From Candidatus Helarchaeota archaeon (GTDB taxonomy: Archaea > Asgardarchaeota > Lokiarchaeia > Helarchaeales > RDOG01): a DNA stretch of 64,000 bases. The position numbers and the translations under genes are program-made. Below the pieces are notes generated by a model. It was given only the letters and a program-made list of their open reading frames with translations. It searched no databases and was not told the DNA's origin. Shown here one piece after another: positions 1 through 8,715 of the stretch. The DNA is taken from NCBI GenBank assembly GCA_019058315.1, contig JAHPZH010000003.1, positions 300,451 through 364,450 of the forward strand. Reading direction: 5' to 3'. Numbering within the stretch: the first letter of the stretch is position 1; each line of letters begins with the position of its first letter.

Positions 1-103
1 ATTTTCTACATCCAATGCATTTATCTTCATTTAATTTAATAAAATCCCCTGTATCTCCTGGGGCTCGTTGAGATATTTTTTTTAATTCAATATTCAAATT
101 CAT
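1..103 (-). CDS. 4Fe-4S ferredoxin, FixX-like (5' part only; runs off the window; not in the ORF track)
   Basis: Manual translation from ATG at 103 gives MNLNIELKKISQRAPGDTGDFIKLNEDKCIGCRK..., the start of a CxxCxxC motif. GAGG RBS upstream; 9 bp downstream of the FixC-like gene. Confidence 0.8.
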   Translation of the reverse strand, partial: MNLNIELKKISQRAPGDTGDFIKLNEDKCIGCRK

Positions 104-112
104 TACCTCATC

Positions 113-1513
113 CTATTTTTTCTTTTTTGGACGCATATTTTCTAACATTTTCATCAATAGGGGAAACGTCGAAGCATTTTCTTCCATTATATCTGATAAA
201 ACAGGCATTCCATATTTCATCATGAATGGAATAGCTTCAGGTAAATATTCTTGGATTTTATTGAGAATTTGGCGGAATCTTACAATATGAGGTTCACTCC
301 AATCATAATGTGCTCCATTCATTTCAACATGAAGAGGAATAAACCATTCCATATTATTTTTTTCTGATTGTGTGCTGAAAAATAAATTTTTCCATAGTGT
401 TTGTAAGCTTTCACCAGCTTGAAATTCAATTCCAACTGATGATTCTTTCCACTTATCTTCATATAATTTCAAGTTCTTTTTTGAAGTATCGCCTTCTGAA
501 ATTGCCTTTATTGCTACCTCAGCTGCCAGTTTTCCTGTTTCCATCGCAGGATATACTCCTTCTGCCTCGAGTGGGCATGGAAATCCACCAGCATCACCAA
601 TTAACATGACATTATCGGTATAAGTCTTAATTGGTTCTTTAGTCCAAGGTAATAAATGAGATTGTACTTCACGTGGCTTTGCATCAATTGCTTTTATCAT
701 TCGTTGAAAGGGTTTTGAACCAACTAGTTGATTAATATAGCTTATTGGATTCTTTATCCATTGACCCATCCATGACCCAAGTCCTATGTGAAATCCATCT
801 CCAAAAATTACTTGATATGCAGCAGGAAAAGTAACTCCCCACCAGATTCCATCAGCTGCATTAGCAAGGACACCATCTGGACCGTAGATTTTATCGATTT
901 TTTCTCTATCAGCAGAGAAATCGTATTGTGGAACTAATGTAATTTGATCAGAACGCCATCGGGGATTGAGACCTGAAAACCGTGCTACTGTTGAAATTAC
1001 TCCATCTGCACCAATTATAATTTTGCCAAGTATTTTATCCCCTTTTTCGGTTTGAACCCCAATAACCTTTCCAGCATCATCTTTAACTAATCTTTTAATT
1101 AACATAGAGGTTTTTAGCTCCGCTCCTGCATCTGTCGCAAATTTCGCAAGCCAAGGGTCAAATTCAGAACGATAAGCATTCATTGTTATAAATTTCTTAG
1201 CAGGATCATAAGTTACACTATCTGTAGGATAGTACATCTCAATAGCTCGTTCTTTTAAGTCTTTATCCAAATAATGGTTCATAACACAACTTGCCATTCG
1301 CATTGATGGTACTACATCCGGTTTTAATTCCTTCATAATATTGGGAAATTCTCGCCACATACGAGGACCTAGTCCGCATCCAGATGCGTTTTTCTCACCG
1401 GGTTTACGACCTCGTTCGAAAAAGACTGTTTTCAACCCAGCTTCTGCAGCAACCTTCGCCGTTATCGAACCTCCAGGACCAGCACCTACAATTATAACAT
1501 CATAACCAGACAA
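113..1513 (-). CDS. FAD-dependent oxidoreductase, FixC/geranylgeranyl reductase family
   Basis: GAGPGG dinucleotide fold, FixC-like ERGRKPGEKNASG, GADG and IGDAGG motifs; followed by a ferredoxin as in fixCX. Confidence 0.8.
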   Translation of the reverse strand: MSGYDVIIVGAGPGGSITAKVAAEAGLKTVFFERGRKPGEKNASGCGLGPRMWREFPNIMKELKPDVVPSMRMASCVMNHYLDKDLKERAIEMYYPTDSVTYDPAKKFITMNAYRSEFDPWLAKFATDAGAELKTSMLIKRLVKDDAGKVIGVQTEKGDKILGKIIIGADGVISTVARFSGLNPRWRSDQITLVPQYDFSADREKIDKIYGPDGVLANAADGIWWGVTFPAAYQVIFGDGFHIGLGSWMGQWIKNPISYINQLVGSKPFQRMIKAIDAKPREVQSHLLPWTKEPIKTYTDNVMLIGDAGGFPCPLEAEGVYPAMETGKLAAEVAIKAISEGDTSKKNLKLYEDKWKESSVGIEFQAGESLQTLWKNLFFSTQSEKNNMEWFIPLHVEMNGAHYDWSEPHIVRFRQILNKIQEYLPEAIPFMMKYGMPVLSDIMEENASTFPLLMKMLENMRPKKKK

Positions 1514-1853
1514 TCCATTTCACCAATTTTTTTTAATTAATTTCAAAATTCTAATTCATTAAAAGTATTTAGAAATAGTTGAAATAGTCTGATTTTTTAA
1601 TTTAATTATAAGATATTAGATAATAACTGAAGATTATTAAAATTATCATTTTATCTTCTAAAAGTAGCTAAAGTTCTAAATACCAAAAACTTACCAATTA
1701 AATAAATGAAATTTTAATGGTTGGGAGAAATAACATTAAATTTGAAGTTAATTTTGATTTAGAACATTCTCCTATAATTTTTAATTAGATTAAGTAAATA
1801 TAATTTAAATCTTATTTAATTTATCTTAAATCCATTATAATAGGGGCAGTAAG

Positions 1854-2891
1854 ATGGTCGAAATTATAGATGAGGCTGAAAAAAAAGCTATTGAAGTATT
1901 AAAGAAAAGATGTCATTTGGGAGAAGATGGATTCAAAACTAAAAATGGACATATAGAAATTCTTTGGTTAACTGATAGAAAATTAACAACACTTCCAGAT
2001 TCATTCAAAGATCTTAAATCACTCATTCATCTAGATTTGAGTCGTAATGATTTTACGACCATTCCTGAGACAATATTCGAGTTAAAATCGCTTAAAACTC
2101 TAAGTTTAGGTGGTAATCTGTTAACAATTCTCCCAGAGTCATTTGGAAATTTAAAATCGCTCCAAGAACTATTTTTAGGCTATAATCAATTAAAGACACT
2201 TCCAGAATCATTTTGTGGTCTAGAATCAATTTATTGGTTATATTTAGATGGTAATAAGTTAACAACTCTCCCAGATAGCTTTGGAGAACTAAAGTCACTC
2301 AATACACTGGCTATCCAAAAAAATCAATTAACAACCCTTCCGGAATCATTTGGAAATCTAAAATCGCTTCAAGTACTAAAAATTCATTTTAATAAATTAA
2401 CGACTCTCCCAGAGTCTTTTTGCAACCTAAAATCACTTAAAGAATTACAGATTCATTTCAATAAGTTAACAACTCTCCCGAAGTCATTTGGAAAACTAAA
2501 ATTCCTCGAAAAATTATTTATCAATAATAATCAGTTAAGTACTCTCCCGGAGTCATTTGGGCAACTAGAATCGCTCCAAGAACTATATTTAGGTTATAAC
2601 CAGTTAACGAATCTCCCGAAGCCTATAATTGAGTTAAAATCACTACAAAAACTATATTTGAGTAACAATCAGTTAAGTAATCTTTCGAAATCATTTGGAG
2701 ATCTAAAAGCACTAAGAGAATTAAATTTAGGTAATAATAAGTTAAAAAAACTCCCTGAGGAGTTAGGTGATTTGGATCAACTAACTTTTCTTAATTTAGA
2801 AGGTAATCCCTTATCAGAAAATGACAAGGAAATATATAGACAAGGAACAAATGCAGTAGTTCAATATTGTAAAAAAAAATTAGAAAGATAA
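1854..2891 (+). CDS. Leucine-rich repeat protein, about 13 x 23-aa repeats (LPESFGxLxxLxxLxLxxNxL)
   Basis: Repeats visible in the translation; C-cap GNPL...G..AVVQYC. Confidence 0.92.
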   Translation: MVEIIDEAEKKAIEVLKKRCHLGEDGFKTKNGHIEILWLTDRKLTTLPDSFKDLKSLIHLDLSRNDFTTIPETIFELKSLKTLSLGGNLLTILPESFGNLKSLQELFLGYNQLKTLPESFCGLESIYWLYLDGNKLTTLPDSFGELKSLNTLAIQKNQLTTLPESFGNLKSLQVLKIHFNKLTTLPESFCNLKSLKELQIHFNKLTTLPKSFGKLKFLEKLFINNNQLSTLPESFGQLESLQELYLGYNQLTNLPKPIIELKSLQKLYLSNNQLSNLSKSFGDLKALRELNLGNNKLKKLPEELGDLDQLTFLNLEGNPLSENDKEIYRQGTNAVVQYCKKKLER

Positions 2892-2989
2892 AAAAGGAAA
2901 CATAAAGAATCAAAAAAGTTGGAGAAAGAATGTTATAGAGAGCTTGAAGAATATATCGATTTTCATAGAAAATTATATAGTTTGAAATT

Positions 2990-5197
2990 TTATATCGATT
3001 TAAGAGCTTTTATTTTATCAGTTATCTCCCGAACCCTCTCATTTAATTTTTGCAACTCAGATAATTTAACTCCAGGACTGTTTTTTTGGACTTTTATATT
3101 TTCTAATTCATCAACAAATCTTTTTAATTTCAAATTCTTACAATACTCAATTACTTCTGGAGTACTTCGTCCACTTAATTTTTCATCTTTTTTTGTAAAT
3201 TTATTATACATGAGATTTAACATTTTAAGTTGTGTAAGATGTTCTAAATTCTTGATTTCTGTAATTTGATTTCTTTGAAGTTGTAAAGAAAATAATTGTG
3301 TTAATTTCTCTAAATTCTTGATTTCTGTAATTTGATTTTCTTGAAGTTCTAAATGTTTTAATTCGGTTAGATTATCCAAATTCTTGATTTCTGTAATGTT
3401 ATTCTCTCCAAGAAATAAATTCTCTAATTTAATCAGATGTTCTAAATTCTTAATTTCTCTAATTTGATTTCTATTAAGTTTTAATATTTTTAATTGTGTT
3501 AATTTTTCTAAATTCTTGATTTCTATAATTTGATTATCATTAAGCCACATTCTTTGGAGCTGGGTAAGAGTCTCTAAATTCTTGATTTCTGTAATTTGAT
3601 TATTGTGTAGAAATAATTTTTGGAGTTGTGTAAGATTTTCCAAATTCTTGATTTCTGTAATTTGATTATCTTGAAGAGATAATTCTTTAAGTTGGGTTAG
3701 ATTTTCTAAATCTTTAATTTCCAAGATTTGATTAAATTGAAGAGTTAATGTTTGAAGTTGTGTTAATTTTTCTAAATTCTTGATTTCTGTAATTTTATTT
3801 CCATAAAGACATAAACTTTGGAGTTGGGTAAGCTTTTCTAAATTCTTGATTTCTGTAATTTGATTATCATGAAGACATAAACTTTGGAGTTTTGTAAGCT
3901 TTTCTAAATTCTTGATTTCTGTAATTTGATTTTTATAAAGACATAATCTTTGAAGTTGGGTAAGTCTTTCTAAATTTTTTATTTCTTTAATTTGATTTTT
4001 ATAAAGTTCTAAACTTTTTAATTCAGTCAGATTTTCCAAATTCTTGATTTCTGTAATTTGATTATCGTCAAGAGATAATTCTTTAAGTTGAGTCAGATTT
4101 TCCAATTTCTTAATTTCTGTAATTTGATTACGACTAAGCCATAATAATTTTAATTGGGTAAGCTTATCTAAATTCTTGATTTCTGTAATTTGATTAATAA
4201 AAAGCTTTAATATTTTTAATTGGATTAGATTATTTAAATTCTTGATTTCTTTAATTCTATTTATCTGAAGATATAATCTTTCTAGTTGTAGAAGATTATC
4301 TAAATTCTTAATTTCTGTAATTTGATTCCGAGAAAGGTCTAATAATTTTAATTGGATTAGATTTTCTAAATTTTTAATTTCCAAGATTTCATTAGAGAAA
4401 AGATTTAATGTTTGAAGTTGTGTTAGTTTTTCTAAATTCTTGATTTCTGTAATTTGATTCCCATGAAGATATAGTCTTTCTAGTTGGATAAGATTATCTA
4501 AGTTCTTAATTTCTGTAATTTGATTATCGCTAAGATCCAATTCTTTAAGTTGAGTCAGATTTTCTAAATTCTTAATTTCTGTAATTCGATTCGCTCCGAG
4601 GTATAAGACTTTGAGATTTTTAAGATTTACCAAATTCTTGATTTCAGTAATTGTATTTTTCTGAAGAAATAATCTTTTTAATTGTGTAAGATTATCTAAA
4701 TTCTTGATTTCCGTAATTTCATTGCCAAAAAGATCTAATTTTTGGAGTTTTGTAAGCTTTTCTAAATTCTCTATTTCTGTTATTTGATTTCGACTAAGCA
4801 CTAATGTTTTTAATTGTGTTAATTTTTCTAAATTCTTGATTTTTGTAATTCGATTTCCAAAGGATAAATCAGGTTTTTTTAATGGTATTTCCAAATACTT
4901 GGTTTGTGTAATTGGTTTTCCAAGGTATAATTCCTGTAATTGTGTTAGCTTTTCTAAATTCTTGATTTTTGTAATTTGATTATCGGTAAGATCTAACCTT
5001 TGAAGTTGTGTAAGATGGTCCAAATTGTTAATTTCTGTAATTTTATTACGACTTAGATCTAAATATTGAAGTTGAGTTTGATTTTCAAATCCCTTAATTT
5101 CTGAAATATCTTGAATTCCTAAATTAGTAAGGATAAGCGCTCTATATCCAATTTTCATTTCTACTTTGTGAATTTTTCCTTTATATTCAACAGACAT
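2990..5197 (-). CDS. SDS22-like LRR protein, 28 x 22-aa repeats plus C-terminal helical tail
   Basis: Consensus QLxxLxLxxNQITEIKNLExLT counted 28 times; about 20-aa insertion in repeat 3. Confidence 0.93.
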   Translation of the reverse strand: MSVEYKGKIHKVEMKIGYRALILTNLGIQDISEIKGFENQTQLQYLDLSRNKITEINNLDHLTQLQRLDLTDNQITKIKNLEKLTQLQELYLGKPITQTKYLEIPLKKPDLSFGNRITKIKNLEKLTQLKTLVLSRNQITEIENLEKLTKLQKLDLFGNEITEIKNLDNLTQLKRLFLQKNTITEIKNLVNLKNLKVLYLGANRITEIKNLENLTQLKELDLSDNQITEIKNLDNLIQLERLYLHGNQITEIKNLEKLTQLQTLNLFSNEILEIKNLENLIQLKLLDLSRNQITEIKNLDNLLQLERLYLQINRIKEIKNLNNLIQLKILKLFINQITEIKNLDKLTQLKLLWLSRNQITEIKKLENLTQLKELSLDDNQITEIKNLENLTELKSLELYKNQIKEIKNLERLTQLQRLCLYKNQITEIKNLEKLTKLQSLCLHDNQITEIKNLEKLTQLQSLCLYGNKITEIKNLEKLTQLQTLTLQFNQILEIKDLENLTQLKELSLQDNQITEIKNLENLTQLQKLFLHNNQITEIKNLETLTQLQRMWLNDNQIIEIKNLEKLTQLKILKLNRNQIREIKNLEHLIKLENLFLGENNITEIKNLDNLTELKHLELQENQITEIKNLEKLTQLFSLQLQRNQITEIKNLEHLTQLKMLNLMYNKFTKKDEKLSGRSTPEVIEYCKNLKLKRFVDELENIKVQKNSPGVKLSELQKLNERVREITDKIKALKSI
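3203..5074 (-). repeat. 66-bp coding tandem repeat array (LRR modules)
   Basis: Core tctaaattcttgatttctgtaatttgatt recurs with a 66-bp period on the + strand. Confidence 0.92.
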
Positions 5198-5238
5198 ATT
5201 CTTCTACTTTTTTACCAATCTTTTTTTTATTATTAAAA

Positions 5239-6354
5239 TTAAGATTGGAGGATTTTTATTTTTTCAATAATCTCCTGAGCCCTCTCATTTAATTTCTGTA
5301 ATTCGGATAATTTAACTTCAGGACTGTTTATTCGGGAATTTATATATTCTAATTCGTCAAAATATTTTTTTAATTCCTTCTTTTTAGCAAGTTCTTTTAA
5401 TTTTAGATTCTTACAATGCTCAATTACTGCTTTAATACCTCTCCAACGTAATTTTTTACTATTTTCTGTAAATTTATTTCCCCAAATGGTTAATTCTTTG
5501 AGTAGTATGAGATTTTCTAAATTCTTGATTTCTCTAATTTGATTATCGCTAAGATCTAATACTCTTAGTCTAGTAAGATTTTCTAAGTTCTTTATTTCTG
5601 TAATTTGATTATTATCCAAATATAATTTTTGAAGTTTGGTCAGGTTTTCTAAATTCTTTATTTCCTTAATTTGATTTTCACCAAGCTGTAAATATTGTAA
5701 TTGCGTTAGATTATCCAAATTCTTGATTTCTGTAATTTTATTAGCATTAAGTTTCAATTCTTCTAATTGCTTTAATTTTTCTAAATTCTTAATCTCTGTA
5801 ATTTCATTTTTCCAAAGTTCTAAAGTTTTTAATTGAGTTAGATTATCCAAATTTTTGATTTCTGTAATTCTATTTTGAGTAAGATTCAGATAATTGAGTT
5901 GTGCTAGATTATCTAAATTCTTGATTTCTGTAATTTGATTCCCATGAAGATATAAGATTTCGAGTTGGGTGAGATTATTCAAATTCTTGATTTCTGTAAT
6001 CTGATTATTACTAAGCTTTAATCCTATTAATTGTGTTAATTTCTCTAAATTCTTGATTTTTGTAATTTCATTTTTCCAAAGTTCTAATGTTCTTAATTGA
6101 GTCAAATTATCTAAATTTTTGATTTCTGTAATTTGATTATCACTAAGTTCTAATCTTTTTAATTGTGTTAGATTATCCAAATTCTTAATTTCTGTAATTT
6201 TATTATTTCTAAGATTTAAGAATTGAAGTTTATTTTGCTTTTCTAATCTCTTAATTTCTGATATATCTTGAATTCCTAATCCTTTAAGGTCAATGGTTAT
6301 GTATCCATATTTATATTCAACTTTATGAACTTTTCCTTTATATTTTACAGACAT
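5239..6354 (-). CDS. SDS22-like LRR protein, 12 repeats; tandem paralogue of 2990..5197
   Basis: Same repeat consensus, N-cap (MSVxYKGKxHKVE...LGIQDISEIK), C-tail (SPxVKLSELQKLNER) and upstream sequence. Confidence 0.93.
   Translation of the reverse strand: MSVKYKGKVHKVEYKYGYITIDLKGLGIQDISEIKRLEKQNKLQFLNLRNNKITEIKNLDNLTQLKRLELSDNQITEIKNLDNLTQLRTLELWKNEITKIKNLEKLTQLIGLKLSNNQITEIKNLNNLTQLEILYLHGNQITEIKNLDNLAQLNYLNLTQNRITEIKNLDNLTQLKTLELWKNEITEIKNLEKLKQLEELKLNANKITEIKNLDNLTQLQYLQLGENQIKEIKNLENLTKLQKLYLDNNQITEIKNLENLTRLRVLDLSDNQIREIKNLENLILLKELTIWGNKFTENSKKLRWRGIKAVIEHCKNLKLKELAKKKELKKYFDELEYINSRINSPEVKLSELQKLNERAQEIIEKIKILQS
5476..6231 (-). repeat. 66-bp coding tandem repeat array (LRR modules)
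   Basis: Same DNA core as 3203..5074. Confidence 0.9.
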
Positions 6355-6642
6355 ATTCTTCTACTTTTTATAATCCATATTTTTATTAATTTTTTTGTTT
6401 TATAATGTAAATAAACAAATTTTCCAAATTTTTCTTTTTATATTTCAACCCAAAATCCCTTTATTCATCAATTACAAGAGTTCATTCCAAATACTCTCAA
6501 TTTTTTTTTTATTAACTAAAAAGAACTTGCCATTATATTTTGAACTAATTAATTTGATATATTTTAATAATAGTATAATAATTTTCAATATAAGAAAAAA
6601 TGAATATTGAATTTATATTATTAAAAAACAAATATAACAAAA

Positions 6643-7056
6643 GTGGTTAAAATGGGCGAATTAGATCTTGCAAAAAATGTATTAAAACTAGAGCCTGAAA
6701 AAATTCAGCAATTACTTGATATCATTGCGAATTCTAAGTTCTATACAAAACCATTTGCAGATGAACTAGGTAGAGCCGTAGCAGAATTTTACAAAGAGAT
6801 GCTACAAGATAATGTGCCAGAAAAACAAGCGGGTGAATTCACTCGTGACTATATCAGTTTTATTCGTTATCCAACTGATGTAGAGAAATTTGAATTGACT
6901 ATTGAATTGGAATATAATCGAAAAGTGGCAGCAATTTACAAAGAAGAAAACGATAAACTATGGAATTTATTAAATAAATTGACCTTAGTCCATACCGTTG
7001 ACGCGAAATCGGTAATGATGACTAAATCAACAAAAATAGAAAACGACGATGACTAA
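6643..7056 (+). CDS. Hypothetical protein
   Basis: 137-aa ORF in its own intergenic space with protein-like composition; the start may be the ATG at 6652. Confidence 0.7.
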   Translation: MVKMGELDLAKNVLKLEPEKIQQLLDIIANSKFYTKPFADELGRAVAEFYKEMLQDNVPEKQAGEFTRDYISFIRYPTDVEKFELTIELEYNRKVAAIYKEENDKLWNLLNKLTLVHTVDAKSVMMTKSTKIENDDD

Positions 7057-7226
7057 AATAAAGCATAAATTATAAAATATTCTCTAATTCTTTTTTTTTA
7101 GAAAAATCTATTTTTTTGAATAATTATAAAAACTAAATGATTAAAATTTATAACTAATTAGACAATTTCGGATAAATTTATTTAAAAAAAATCAATATCA
7201 ATTTAGATAAACTAGAGGTTTTTTTA

Positions 7227-8705
7227 TTGACTGAAGAAAGAATCATAACCATTCTCCAGCAAATTGTTGGAGAAGATAGGGCAACTGCTGATGATGCTGA
7301 GATGATCGCATACTCCAGAGACCAGCATTACATGTTTAATAAACCTATGATTCCAAATTACGTAGTAAAACCGATAAATAAAGGTCAAATAAAACAAATT
7401 TTAAGTCTAGCAAATCGCCATAGAATACCAATTGTACCTTTAGCACAAGGAGTTAACATCAGAGGATTGTGCATCCCAACAGAGGGAGGCATAATATTAG
7501 ATATGAGAAATATGAACCAGATAAAAGAAATAAACCTTGAAATGATGACAGCTACAATTGAGCCAGGAGTTTCTGTAGGACAATTAGTAGCGGCATGCAG
7601 AAAATTAGGAGTTAGACCTGCGATTCCAGGGTCCCCCGCAACAGTTAGTGCATTTGCGAATTATATGCTAAGAGGAGTCTATCATTCCAATCCCTTGGAT
7701 GGAATTGATCATGTACTTTGTATGGAGATTATGTTACCTACAGGTGAGACTATAAAAACTGGATCAAGTGCAATTACGACCTCCTATGGACCATATTGTA
7801 GATGGTTTGGACCTGACCTAACTGGTTTATTTCAAGGTGTTCCTGGAGCCTTTGGAATAATAGTTGAAATGACTGTTAAATTATATGATTTTCCAGAAGA
7901 ATCAAGATTTTTGGGTTATGGATTTGATACATGGGAAAAAGCAACTGAATTTGCTATGGAAGTCCAGCGTCGAGTTATCCCCAATTTGATGTGGCTTATT
8001 GATTGGTTAGCTCTCACAGTTGTAAGTGGAATGTTTAAAAGAAAGGACATAATGGAGAAATCCACTAAAGCATCGATGCCCCATTGTACTGTTCCTGTTT
8101 TAATTGAAGGTGAAAAAGACTTAGTTGATTTTAAGTTAAATCGGCTAAAACAAATCCTGGAAAAGGTCCCTCCCGACAGACAACCACTAACGGACATAGA
8201 TACTGCAATTCAACAACCTGAAAGTGGTGGTACAGGTCAAGGAATGAGCTCTGAAGAATTCCTCGGTGGTCGTAATGTCGCAGGAATGTTAAAAATGGGT
8301 TATTATTTTGCGTTAGCTTTTTTTCATCCCCTTAAGACAGGACCAGAGTTATTCAAAATTTTTAAGGATGTCGGTGAGGATAATGGATTTGATAGAGATA
8401 TTGTTTCGTTTGTTTCTACACCAACAGCTACAGGAGCGAACAATTGGTCAGGACAATGTACTTATTCAGAAGGAGAATTATTTGTGGACCAAACAGAACC
8501 AGGTATGATGGATAAATTACGGAAGTTTAGTACACAAAGTATCCAGAAAATCTTAGATGCAAAGTTGATATACTCTTGGTTTAGACCATATGCCCAAGTC
8601 CTTGAAATTACATTAGATAGGGCAGGCGCAACAGGACTTTTCTTAAGAAAGCTTAAAAACTTAATAGATCCGAACAATATCATGAACCCAGGAAAATTTC
8701 TATAG
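7227..8705 (+). CDS. FAD-linked oxidase, GlcD/D-lactate dehydrogenase-like
   Basis: PCMH-type FAD domain (YSRD, P..VVKP, IEPGV, GxxGIIVEMT) and C-terminal DPNNIMNPGK. Confidence 0.88.
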   Translation: MTEERIITILQQIVGEDRATADDAEMIAYSRDQHYMFNKPMIPNYVVKPINKGQIKQILSLANRHRIPIVPLAQGVNIRGLCIPTEGGIILDMRNMNQIKEINLEMMTATIEPGVSVGQLVAACRKLGVRPAIPGSPATVSAFANYMLRGVYHSNPLDGIDHVLCMEIMLPTGETIKTGSSAITTSYGPYCRWFGPDLTGLFQGVPGAFGIIVEMTVKLYDFPEESRFLGYGFDTWEKATEFAMEVQRRVIPNLMWLIDWLALTVVSGMFKRKDIMEKSTKASMPHCTVPVLIEGEKDLVDFKLNRLKQILEKVPPDRQPLTDIDTAIQQPESGGTGQGMSSEEFLGGRNVAGMLKMGYYFALAFFHPLKTGPELFKIFKDVGEDNGFDRDIVSFVSTPTATGANNWSGQCTYSEGELFVDQTEPGMMDKLRKFSTQSIQKILDAKLIYSWFRPYAQVLEITLDRAGATGLFLRKLKNLIDPNNIMNPGKFL

Positions 8706-8715
8706 GAGGAATATT

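Noticed and set aside
3203-6231. CRISPR-like pattern of a constant ~30-bp core plus variable segment at a 66-bp period
   Set aside because: The period is exactly 22 codons within long open frames, the 'spacers' keep the LxxLxL pattern, cores vary at synonymous sites, and no cas genes are present.
6395-6610. 71-aa ORF (and similar 18173..18358) in AT-rich intergenic DNA
   Set aside because: Low-complexity F/I/N/K composition typical of promoter DNA; no RBS or motif.
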